Source of the DNA: Alphaproteobacteria bacterium
GTDB lineage: Bacteria > Pseudomonadota > Alphaproteobacteria > DATDPM01
DNA: 32,628 nt
Direction of reading: 5' to 3'
NCBI GenBank assembly: GCA_049691095.1
Contig: JBAVNO010000027.1
Coordinates: forward strand, 1-32,628
The first letter of the stretch is position 1. Each line of letters opens with the position of its first letter. Of the stretch, positions 23,536 to 31,028 are shown in pieces. The notes beneath the pieces are model-generated. The model worked only from the letters and a program-made list of their open reading frames with translations, did no database searches and had not been told where the DNA came from. The position numbers and the translations under genes are program-made.

Positions 23536-24086
23536 CCGGCCTGGGCGGCCGGTTCGGCCGGCTTGACGCGGCGCTTGGCGCGCGTGACCGCGGCCTCGAG
23601 CTCGGCGTAGGTGCACATCCCCAGTTCGATGGGGTGGCGCGGACGGATGTTGGTGGCGTTCCAATGGGTGCGGTCGCGCACGGCGGTGATGGTGGATTTG
23701 GTGGTGCCGATCAGCTTGGCGATCTGCCCGTCGGAAAGCTCCGGATGGTGCTTCAGGAGCCAGGCGATCGCATCCGGCCGGTCGCTGCGCTTGGCGATCG
23801 GCGTGTAGCGCGGGCCCTTGGCGCGGGTCTGCGGCAACGGGATCGAGGGCTCGCTCAGCTTCAGCCGGTCCTTGGGATCGGCGAGGCAGCGCGCGATCTC
23901 CTCCTGCGTCACCTGGCCGTTGGCCACCGGGTCCAGGCCCACCATGCCGGCCGCCACCTCGCCATCGGCGATGGCCTGGACCTCGAGCGGGTGCAAGCCG
24001 CAGAAGTCGGCGATCTGCTCGAAGGTGAGCGCGGTATTCTCGACCAGCCACACGGCCGTCGCTTTGGGCATCAGGGGTAGAGCCAA
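23532..24086 (-). CDS. DUF1013 / TrcR-family protein (alphaproteobacterial cell-cycle transcriptional regulator family)
   Basis: LPLMPKATAVWLVENTALTFEQIADFCGLHPLEVQAIADGEVA is the conserved DUF1013 N-terminus. TTG 24086 lies 5 nt downstream of AAGGAGG; ATG 24071 is the alternative. The rest of the 590-aa track ORF overlaps qor out of frame. Confidence 0.8.
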   Translation of the reverse strand: MALPLMPKATAVWLVENTALTFEQIADFCGLHPLEVQAIADGEVAAGMVGLDPVANGQVTQEEIARCLADPKDRLKLSEPSIPLPQTRAKGPRYTPIAKRSDRPDAIAWLLKHHPELSDGQIAKLIGTTKSTITAVRDRTHWNATNIRPRHPIELGMCTYAELEAAVTRAKRRVKPAEPAAQAG

Positions 24087-24178
24087 CGAAACCTCCTTCG
24101 AATGAAAAAAGCCATACCTTCGCCGCGCCGCCGTTCCGCGGCCGGACCAGGGGGGCCCAATTGCCGTTTGATCCTTAG

Positions 24179-24206
24179 CATATAAGGCCCAAGCTTCCCG
24201 GGTCAA
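24179..24206 (-). promoter_or_regulatory. Candidate sigma-70-type promoter for the TrcR-like gene
   Basis: Minus strand reads TTGACC-N16-TATATG, about 90 nt upstream of the start. Confidence 0.35.
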
Positions 24207-24244
24207 AGCCTCTTGCCCCGGAAAAGACTGGAAAAACCGGGCCC

Positions 24245-25222
24245 TCACGTCACCAGCACGATCTTGCCCGTGTGGGCGCCGGACTCCATCAGCCGGTGCG
24301 CCTCGGCCGCCTTGTCGAGGGGGAAGGTGGCGTGGACCACGGGGCTGATGCGCCCGGTCTCGAGTTGCGGCCATATGTGCCGGTGCAGGGCCTCGGCGAT
24401 CGCGGCCTTTTCCGCGACCGGGCGGGGCCGCAAGGTGGACCCCGTGACGACCAGGCGCTTCAGCATGATGGGGAGGAAATTGACCTCGGCCTTCACCCCC
24501 TTGAGGAAGGCGATGAAGACCAGCCTTCCGTCGGGCGCCAAGAGGTCGATGTTGCGCTGGATGTAATCGCCGCCGACCATGTCCAGGATCACGTCGGCGC
24601 CCTTGCCGCCGGTCTGCTCCTTGACCGCGGCCACGAAGTCCTGCTCCCGGTAGTTGATCGCCTGTTCCGCGCCCAGCACCCGGCAGGCGCGGCATTTCTC
24701 GGCGCTGCCGGCGGTCACGAACACCCGCGCGCCCATCACCCGGCCGATCTGGATGGCCGCGGTGCCGATGCCGCCGCCGCCGCCGTGCACGAGCAGCACC
24801 TCGCCCGGCCCAAGCGCCGCCCGGATCATCACGTTCGACCACACCGTGAAGAACGTTTCCGGCAGGGATGCCGCTTCCACCATGTCGAGCCCGGCCGGTA
24901 CGGGCAGGCACTGGCCCGCCGGCGCCAGACAGAAGGTGGCGTATCCGCCCCCGGCCACCAGCGCGCACACGCCGTCGCCCACGCGCGGCTTGGCCACTCC
25001 CGGACCCACGGCCACGACGGTGCCCGCCACTTCCAGCCCCGGAATATCGGTGACGCCCTTGGGCGGCGGATAGACCCCCTGGCGCTGCAGCACATCGGGG
25101 CGGTTGACGCCCGCGGCCGCGACCTGGATCAGAACCTCGCCTTCGCCCGGCTGAACCACGCGGCGCTTGGCGGGGACCAGCACCTCGGGTCCACCGGGCG
25201 CGGTGATTTCGATCACCGTCAT
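24245..25222 (-). CDS. NAD(P)H:quinone oxidoreductase (zinc-independent MDR, PIG3/Qor-like)
   Basis: MTVIEITAPGGPEVL..., GVNRPD and LVHGGGGGIGTAAIQ motifs. An in-frame ATG at 25246 is an alternative start. Confidence 0.85.
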   Translation of the reverse strand: MTVIEITAPGGPEVLVPAKRRVVQPGEGEVLIQVAAAGVNRPDVLQRQGVYPPPKGVTDIPGLEVAGTVVAVGPGVAKPRVGDGVCALVAGGGYATFCLAPAGQCLPVPAGLDMVEAASLPETFFTVWSNVMIRAALGPGEVLLVHGGGGGIGTAAIQIGRVMGARVFVTAGSAEKCRACRVLGAEQAINYREQDFVAAVKEQTGGKGADVILDMVGGDYIQRNIDLLAPDGRLVFIAFLKGVKAEVNFLPIMLKRLVVTGSTLRPRPVAEKAAIAEALHRHIWPQLETGRISPVVHATFPLDKAAEAHRLMESGAHTGKIVLVT

Positions 25223-25350
25223 GGTCTCGGGCAGGAACACGGTCATGACTTGAATTCGTAACCGGAAACGGGGAAAAAGGCGGCACCACGTCTAACGGCT
25301 GCAAGGCCGGCTTACAAGGCCGGAAGTCGCCTCAAACACGAGCACGGGCC

Positions 25351-25533
25351 ATGGACGAAGAAGATTTGCTGCCCCAGCGCAAGAAGCCGCCGCCCAAGCC
25401 CTTGGATGGCCTCTCGGTCGATGAACTCGAGGCCTATATCGAGGAACTCAAGGGCGAGATCGCCCGGGCGGAGGGCGCCATCAAGGCCAAGCGCACGCAC
25501 CGCAGCGGCATCGAATCCCTTTTCAAAAGATAG
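25351..25533 (+). CDS. DUF1192 family small protein
   Basis: 60 aa. LSVDELEAYIEELKGEIARAEGAIKAK...ESLFK matches the DUF1192 pattern. Confidence 0.75.
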   Translation: MDEEDLLPQRKKPPPKPLDGLSVDELEAYIEELKGEIARAEGAIKAKRTHRSGIESLFKR

Positions 25534-25599
25534 GGTTAGCGATTTTGGCCCGGATGCGAGCGGCGTTTTCGCGGCGCCGTGCCGAGATCGCTAAAATTT

Positions 25600-25737
25600 T
25601 AACTAATTGGTAAGCAATGGCCGTTACGGTTAACGACAACGGTTTAGCTAGTCTAACCGCCAGAGGACTTCATCCGGTCCTCGTTCACGCCTCCCTGTGG
25701 AACTGAGGCCGCCGGAAAAACCGGCGGCCTTTTTTTT
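25600..25737 (+). ncRNA. Candidate small RNA, or a 29-codon small ORF, ending at a strong terminator
   Basis: Consecutive stem-loops at 25641-25658, 25663-25682 (GAGGAC/GTCCTC) and 25683-25703. The last presents GCCUCCCU in its loop. They precede the terminator at 25707-25737. An ATG at 25617 opens a 29-codon frame ending at TGA 25704-25706. No family recognised. Confidence 0.3.
25707..25737 (+). terminator. Strong rho-independent terminator
   Basis: GGCCGCCGG-AAAAA-CCGGCGGCC followed by eight T residues. Confidence 0.85.
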
Positions 25738-25822
25738 ATCCCATGCAGGGGATCGGGCAATAAGGTCACCGCACCGGACGGGGGCCGGCGCCTCGCGCGC
25801 CGGGCCCCCGCGGTTGGGCCGG

Positions 25823-26290
25823 TCAGGCGGCCTTTCCTTCGACCGTGCGCGCGCCGGACTTCGGTCCACCGGTCTTGATCTCGATGCGCTGCGGTTTCGC
25901 GGCCTCGGGAACCTCGCGCACGAGATCGATGTGCAGCAGACCGTCGGCCAGGGCGGCGCCCGATACCCGGACGAAATCGGCCAGCACGAAGCGCCGCTCG
26001 AACGAGCGGCCGGCGATGCCGCGGTGGATGAGCTCCCGTCCCTCGTCGTTGCGCGGCGCCGTGCCGGCGACCACCAGCATGTTGTCCTGCACGGTCGCCT
26101 CGACGTCCTTGCCGGTGAATCCGGCCACCGCCATGGTGATCCGGAACGTATCGTCGCCGAGCTTCTCGATGTTGTAGGGCGGGAACGCAGCGCTGCTGTC
26201 GCGACCCGACATGGCCGCATCCAACAGCTTGGCAAGGCGGTCGAAACCGACCGTGGCATGGAACAGAGGGCTGAGATCGAGATTGGTCAT
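25823..26290 (-). CDS. Hsp20/alpha-crystallin family small heat-shock protein (IbpA-like)
   Basis: Start at ATG 26290 with AAGGAAG upstream. PPYNIEKLGDDTFRITMAVAGF...GLLHIDLVREVPE is the typical alpha-crystallin domain. Confidence 0.9.
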   Translation of the reverse strand: MTNLDLSPLFHATVGFDRLAKLLDAAMSGRDSSAAFPPYNIEKLGDDTFRITMAVAGFTGKDVEATVQDNMLVVAGTAPRNDEGRELIHRGIAGRSFERRFVLADFVRVSGAALADGLLHIDLVREVPEAAKPQRIEIKTGGPKSGARTVEGKAA

Positions 26291-26389
26291 GGCCACATTC
26301 TTCCTTGAGCAATATGGACGTTCGGGGCCGACGGAACCGTCTCGCCCCACCTCTCGGGGCACCCGGAATGGCATGCCCCGCAATTGCGG

Positions 26390-26419
26390 AAAATGGGGGC
26401 GAAAGGGATCCTGTCAAGA
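26390..26419 (-). promoter_or_regulatory. Candidate sigma-32 (RpoH) heat-shock promoter of hsp20
   Basis: Minus strand reads TCTTGACA-N12-CCCCCATTTT, close to the CTTGAA-N13-14-CCCCATnT consensus. It lies about 100 nt upstream of the start. Confidence 0.55.
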
Positions 26420-26591
26420 CCCGCGCCCCCGGCTGCGCATGCGCTCAATAATGCATTGAAATTAAATAAAAACTTCGTGTTTTTTGCCGGCCGGGACACG
26501 GAATGTTAAGCTCATTTGCGCGACACTGTTTGACCCGGCAAACCCTGCGGCCGCGGGCGCGATCGCCATCCACGAGGAGGCGCGAAGCAAA

Positions 26592-27041
26592 GTGACGGCC
26601 GGCATGGTTCCCACGGCTTTTTTCAGCAAGACGTTCGACGAAACCGTCGACCTTCTGGTCGAGGCGCGCAATTACATCGCCTACGAGGAGACGGCGGACC
26701 GGTCATCCATGGACCCGTTGACCCGGCTGATGCTGAGCTGCGAGGCCACGCGCATGACCGCGCGGCTGGCCCATGTCATGTCGTGGCTGTTGTTCCGCAA
26801 GGCCGTGACGGCGGGCGAGATCGGAGCCGAGGAAGGGGCCGCGCCGGCCTTCAGGCTGGGCGGCCACGAAGCGTGTCTCTCGGCGGGGTTCGCCCACGGC
26901 GCCGATTTTCCGCCCCGATTCGCCGAACTGCTGGAGCGCAGCCGGAGTCTCTATGTGCGGATCTCGCGGCTCGATGCGCTGATAGACGGCGGCGCCACGA
27001 CGCGCGGCGCCGGTGACGGCGGAGAGGAGCGGCCTATTTGA
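26592..27041 (+). CDS. DUF1465 family protein (RcdA-like, regulator of CtrA degradation family)
   Basis: [20 protein letters not shown]...[28 protein letters not shown] matches the DUF1465 pattern. The start is uncertain: GTG 26592 (GAGGAGG 11 nt upstream), ATG 26604 or TTG 26484. Confidence 0.7.
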   Translation: MTAGMVPTAFFSKTFDETVDLLVEARNYIAYEETADRSSMDPLTRLMLSCEATRMTARLAHVMSWLLFRKAVTAGEIGAEEGAAPAFRLGGHEACLSAGFAHGADFPPRFAELLERSRSLYVRISRLDALIDGGATTRGAGDGGEERPI

Positions 27042-27258
27042 CGCCGAAATCCTTGAAGCGTTTTTTGAACTTCGCCACCTGACCGCCCGCATCGATGAGA
27101 TGCTGCGTGCCGCCCGTCCAGGCCGGATGGGTGCTGGGGTCGATGTCGAGCTTCAACTGGTCGCCGGGCTTACCAAAGGTCGAGCGGGTCTTGTACGAGG
27201 TCCCGTTGGTCATCACCACCGTGATCTCGTGATAGTCCGGATGAATGCCTTTCTTCAT
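27034..27258 (-). CDS. rpmE: 50S ribosomal protein L31
   Basis: [27 protein letters not shown]...HPAWTGG...KFKKRF, 74 aa. The remainder of the 247-aa track ORF is spurious. The 3' end overlaps the RcdA-like gene by 8 nt. Confidence 0.92.
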   Translation of the reverse strand: MKKGIHPDYHEITVVMTNGTSYKTRSTFGKPGDQLKLDIDPSTHPAWTGGTQHLIDAGGQVAKFKKRFKDFGVK

Positions 27259-27319
27259 CGCGCCGTCCCCGCTGTGCAATTCTTCCGGGACCGTGGCCCC
27301 GGGACCGATCAGGGGGCGG

Positions 27320-27348
27320 GTTATAGCCGAGCGGGCGTCTCCGCGCAA
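27320..27348 (-). promoter_or_regulatory. Candidate sigma-70-type promoter for rpmE
   Basis: Minus strand reads TTGCGC-N17-TATAAC, about 60 nt upstream of the start. Confidence 0.35.
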
Positions 27349-27399
27349 GGCAAGGCTTCGGCTGTTGCCCCGCCCGGCGCTTTGGGTTAGGGATAACCG

Positions 27400-27414
27400 C
27401 CCTTGCGGCAAGGG
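27400..27414. repeat. Perfect 15-bp palindrome CCCTTGCGGCAAGGG
   Basis: Lies in the divergent rpmE/cyaY intergenic region, immediately before the 13-bp tandem repeats. Confidence 0.8.
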
Positions 27415-27422
27415 CCCGGGGT

Positions 27423-27461
27423 CGCACCCAAGGTCCGCACCCAAGGTCCGCACCCAAGGTC
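27423..27461. repeat. 13-bp perfect tandem repeat x3 (CGCACCCAAGGTC) with a degenerate flanking copy
   Basis: Copies at 27423-27435, 27436-27448 and 27449-27461. A related degenerate copy follows to about 27476. Confidence 0.95.
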
Positions 27462-27526
27462 CGCTCCCCAGGGGTCCGCGCCCTGCGGCAAACGCGTTCC
27501 ATCCCGACACGAGGCGAGGTCCACGA

Positions 27527-27871
27527 ATGGCGCTCGATGACAGCCGTTTCGCCACGCTGGCCGACGCCGTGCTGCTCGCGATTTTGGAGGCGGTGGACGA
27601 ATCGGGCGGCGAACTCGAGGCCGAGCTCCAGAGCGGCATCCTGACCATCACGCACGAGTCCGGGCGCCAATATGTCGTCAACAAGCATGGGCCCAAGCGG
27701 GAGATATGGCTATCCTCTCCCGTCTCCGGCGCCTGGCATTTCGCATTCGACGAGGGCAGCGGGCAATGGCGCGACACACGGGCCGCCGATCGCGCGACCG
27801 CGGCCGTCCTCGCGGACCTGCTGTCGCGGGAGCTGAGCGAGATGGGAGGCGCCCCCGTGCGACTATCGTGA
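27527..27871 (+). CDS. cyaY: Frataxin-like iron donor protein CyaY
   Basis: Start at ATG 27527 with GAGG upstream. [18 protein letters not shown]...[36 protein letters not shown] matches the frataxin/CyaY fold pattern. Confidence 0.85.
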   Translation: MALDDSRFATLADAVLLAILEAVDESGGELEAELQSGILTITHESGRQYVVNKHGPKREIWLSSPVSGAWHFAFDEGSGQWRDTRAADRATAAVLADLLSRELSEMGGAPVRLS

Positions 27872-27874
27872 GCG

Positions 27875-29725
27875 ATGCCTGACGATCAAACATCCTCTTC
27901 GCCCGGCCCGGGCCAGACCGCAGCGGCGACGCCAGGCGGCCGGCCTTCGCCGCGCGAGATCGTGCGCCTCTCGCACGTCCTCAAATTCCTTGCCCCGTAC
28001 AAGCTGCGCCTGGCGCTGGCGGGCATCGCCGTGGCGGTGGCGGCCGGCACGGTGCTCGCCATGGGCTACGGCCTTCGCCGCCTGGTGGACGACGGTTTCC
28101 GCAGCGGCGACGCCGCGCTGCTCGACAAGGCGCTCATCGTGCTGCTCGCGGTCATCGTGGTGCTGTCGGCGGCGACGGCGGCCCGGTTCTATTTCGTGTC
28201 GTGGATCGGGGAACGGGTGATCGCGGACATCCGGCGGGCGGTCTACGACCATGTGGTGTCGCTTAGTCCCGCCTTCTTCGAGACCACGCGCACCGGCGAA
28301 ATCCTCTCCCGGCTCACCACCGACACCACGTTGATCGAGACCGTGGTGGGGTCCACCGGCTCGATGGCGGCGCGGAACCTGCTGATGCTGGTCGGCGGCG
28401 TGGCGCTCCTGGTGGTGACGAGCCCGAAGCTCACCGGGCTCGTGGTGCTGGTGGTTCCGGTGGTCGTGCTGTCGATCATCTTCTTCGGGAGGCGGGTGCG
28501 GCGTCTCTCGAGGGCCACCCAGGACCGCGTGGCCGATGTCGGCAATTACGTGGAGGAAAGCCTGAACTCCATCCGCACGGTCCAGGCCTTCAATCACGAG
28601 GACGCCGACCGCCGGTCCTTCGGGGAGCGCGTGGAGGGGGCATTCGGAACGGCGGTGCACCGCATCAAGGCGCGCGCGTTCCTGACCGCGCTCGTCGTGC
28701 TGCTGGTGTTCGGCGCCATCGGGATCATTCTTTGGATCGGCGGGCACGACGTGTTCGCCGGACGCATCACTCCCGGCGAGCTTTCGGCGTTCATCTTCTA
28801 TGCGGTCCTGGTCGCAGGCGCCGTGGGCAGCCTGAGCGAATTCGTGGGCGACCTTCAGCGCGCCGCCGGCGCGTCGGAGCGGCTCGCCGATCTGCTGGCC
28901 ACCCGCAGCGCCGTGACCTCGCCCGCGAATCCCGTGCCCATGCCCAGTCCGCCCCGCGGCGCGGTGTCGTTCAAGGACGTGGTCTTCAGCTATCCCACCC
29001 GTCCCGGCCAGCCCGCGCTGGAAGGCTTCAGCCTCGAAGCCGCATCGGGTCAGACCGTGGCGCTGGTGGGGCCGTCGGGCGCCGGCAAGACCACCGTGTT
29101 CCAGCTGCTGCTGCGCTTCTACGACCCGCAGGCGGGCGCGATCACGCTCGACGGGGTCGATCTCCGCCGGGCCAGCCTTCGGGACATCCGCGCGCGAATC
29201 GGGCTCGTCGCCCAGGACCCGGTCATCTTCGCCGCCAGCGCGTGGGAGAACATCCGCTACGGCCGGCCGGATGCCTCCGACGACGAAGTCCGCGCCGCGG
29301 CCGAGGCGGCGGCGGCGACCGAGTTCCTCGACCGCCTGCCGGAACGATTCGACACCCATCTCGGCGCGCGGGGCGTGCGGCTGTCGGGCGGGCAGCGCCA
29401 GCGCATCGCGATCGCCCGCGCGATCCTGCGCAATCCCGCGGTCCTGCTCCTCGACGAGGCGACCAGCGCGCTCGATGCCGAAAGCGAACGCATGGTGCAG
29501 GTGGCGCTCGAGACGCTGATGGAGGGGCGCACGACATTCGTCATCGCCCACCGCCTGGCGACGGTGCTGAAGGCGAACCGCATCGCGGTGATGAACGAGG
29601 GCCGCGTCATCGACAGCGGCACGCATGAAGAGCTGATCCGCCGCTGCACGCTCTATGCCAGGCTGGCGGAGCTTCAGTTCGACGCCGGGGCGGCGGCGGG
29701 CCTGTTGGCGGCGGGGAACGCCTGA
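27875..29725 (+). CDS. ABCB-family ABC exporter, fused permease and ATPase half-transporter (MsbA/Mdl1/ABCB10-like)
   Basis: Six-TM domain, then GPSGAGKT (Walker A), [14 protein letters not shown] (signature) and [11 protein letters not shown] (Walker B). Starts 3 nt after the cyaY stop. Confidence 0.9.
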   Translation: MPDDQTSSSPGPGQTAAATPGGRPSPREIVRLSHVLKFLAPYKLRLALAGIAVAVAAGTVLAMGYGLRRLVDDGFRSGDAALLDKALIVLLAVIVVLSAATAARFYFVSWIGERVIADIRRAVYDHVVSLSPAFFETTRTGEILSRLTTDTTLIETVVGSTGSMAARNLLMLVGGVALLVVTSPKLTGLVVLVVPVVVLSIIFFGRRVRRLSRATQDRVADVGNYVEESLNSIRTVQAFNHEDADRRSFGERVEGAFGTAVHRIKARAFLTALVVLLVFGAIGIILWIGGHDVFAGRITPGELSAFIFYAVLVAGAVGSLSEFVGDLQRAAGASERLADLLATRSAVTSPANPVPMPSPPRGAVSFKDVVFSYPTRPGQPALEGFSLEAASGQTVALVGPSGAGKTTVFQLLLRFYDPQAGAITLDGVDLRRASLRDIRARIGLVAQDPVIFAASAWENIRYGRPDASDDEVRAAAEAAAATEFLDRLPERFDTHLGARGVRLSGGQRQRIAIARAILRNPAVLLLDEATSALDAESERMVQVALETLMEGRTTFVIAHRLATVLKANRIAVMNEGRVIDSGTHEELIRRCTLYARLAELQFDAGAAAGLLAAGNA

Positions 29726-29732
29726 CGGCCGG

Positions 29733-31010
29733 TCAGCGCTCGGAGAGCTTGAGCTCGATGCGGCGGTTGCGGCGGTAGGCGATCTCGTCGTCGCCGGGTT
29801 CCAAGGGCTGGAACTCGCCGAAGCCGGTGGCGGCAAGTCGCTCCGGGGCCACACCCTGGGAAACCAGGAACCGCACGACGGAAATGGCGCGCGCCGTCGA
29901 AAGCTCCCAGTTGGACGGGAATTCCGGGTTGTTGATCGGTCGCTTGTCGGTGTGCCCGTCCACGCGCAGCACCCAGTTCAGCTCCTTGGGGATGGATTTC
30001 GCGATTTCGAGCAGCGTTTGCGCGAGCTTCGCCAGTTCCTGCTTGCCGTCGGGACCGATCTCCGCCGAGCCGGTGTCGAACAACACCTCGGACTGGAACA
30101 CGAACCGGTCGCCGACCACGCGGATGTCGGGGCGGTCGCCCAGAATCTCGCGCAGTTTCCCGAAGAATTCGGAGCGGTAGCGGGCCAGCTCCTGGACCTT
30201 TCCGGCCAGCGCGACGTTCAAGCGCTTGCCGAGGTCGGCGATCTGGACGTTCTGCTCCTTGACCTGGGTTTCCGAGACCTCGAGCGCCTTCTCGATTGCG
30301 GCCAACTGCTGGCGCAGCGCCGCGATCTGCTGGTTCAGGATCTCGATCTGGGCGTGCTGCTCCGTGGTCAGCTTCTGTTCCTGGGACAGCGACGCCTCGC
30401 TGCTCTTCAGCAGCACGTCCTTCTGTTGGATATCCTTCTGCGCCAGATTCGTGCGCTCGGTCTCCTCGGCGAGCTTCGCCTCCAGCTCCTTGCTGCGGTC
30501 GCGGACCTGGCCGAGCTCGGCCTCCATCCCGCTCGCCTTGGCCTCGCTCTCCTTGAGCGCCGTATTGAGCCGCCCCACTTCGGCCTCGAGCTGCGCGCGC
30601 ACGGTCTTCAGCGCTTCGATGTCGCGGAGCACGCTTTCCAGCTCCGTGCGGGCCTTCACGAGGTCGGATTGCGAGGCTTCGGCCTTGGCGGCGGTCTCGC
30701 GCAATTGCTGTTCGGCCGTGTCGCGGGCCGCGAGCGAACTTTGAAGCTGCGACGACAATTCCGAGATGTTGAGCCGCAGGTTTGCGTTGGCCTGGCGCTC
30801 GAGCGCCAGCAGATCGGCGAGCTCGCTCACCTGCCGGCTCAGGCGCGTCAGGGCTTCGTCGCGGCCCGAAAGCGTCTCGCGCAGGTAGAACTGCGACAGC
30901 ACGAACACGACCAGCATGAACGTGATGACCAGGAGCAGCGACGTCAGCGCGTCGACGAAGCCGGGCCAGATATCGACGGTGCGGCGGGAGCGGCGGGCGG
31001 GAGAGGCCAT
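29733..31010 (-). CDS. MotB-type subunit: N-terminal TM with conserved Asp, coiled coil of about 230 aa, C-terminal OmpA-like peptidoglycan-binding domain
   Basis: IWPGFVDALTSLLLVITFML parallels the MotB TM segment and its protonatable Asp. Residues ~45-275 are a heptad-rich Leu/Glu/Gln/Ala/Lys sequence. The C-terminus has DGHTD, NWELSTARA and NRRIELK OmpA_C motifs. Confidence 0.85.
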   Translation of the reverse strand: MASPARRSRRTVDIWPGFVDALTSLLLVITFMLVVFVLSQFYLRETLSGRDEALTRLSRQVSELADLLALERQANANLRLNISELSSQLQSSLAARDTAEQQLRETAAKAEASQSDLVKARTELESVLRDIEALKTVRAQLEAEVGRLNTALKESEAKASGMEAELGQVRDRSKELEAKLAEETERTNLAQKDIQQKDVLLKSSEASLSQEQKLTTEQHAQIEILNQQIAALRQQLAAIEKALEVSETQVKEQNVQIADLGKRLNVALAGKVQELARYRSEFFGKLREILGDRPDIRVVGDRFVFQSEVLFDTGSAEIGPDGKQELAKLAQTLLEIAKSIPKELNWVLRVDGHTDKRPINNPEFPSNWELSTARAISVVRFLVSQGVAPERLAATGFGEFQPLEPGDDEIAYRRNRRIELKLSER

Positions 31011-31028
31011 CGGGCTGGCGGCGCCGGT

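Noticed and set aside
24087-25304. N-terminal 400 aa of the 590-aa ORF 23532-25304
   Set aside because: Only the C-terminal ~184 aa match the DUF1013/TrcR family, and they have a strong AAGGAGG RBS. The upstream part overlaps the quinone oxidoreductase gene in another frame.
25599-25616. CtrA-box-like TTAAC-N6-GTAAG upstream of the candidate sRNA or small ORF
   Set aside because: Only one half-site matches TTAA-N7-TTAA. AT-rich context makes chance matches likely, and the position relative to any TSS is unknown.
25621-25706. Two-piece alphaproteobacterial tmRNA, suggested by AACGACAAC (Asn-Asp-Asn), which resembles the start of ANDN... tags
   Set aside because: There is no Ala resume codon and no tag ending in Ala-Ala before a stop. 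There is no tRNA-like T-arm or acceptor (GGTTCGA...CCA) nearby. The in-frame reading gives a 27-29 codon non-tag-like peptide.
26291-26383. Classical ROSE RNA thermometer in the hsp20 leader
   Set aside because: A UUGCU motif is present but lies immediately adjacent to the SD, so it cannot form the canonical ROSE hairpin with a bulged G. It is reported only as a possibility needing a covariance-model test.
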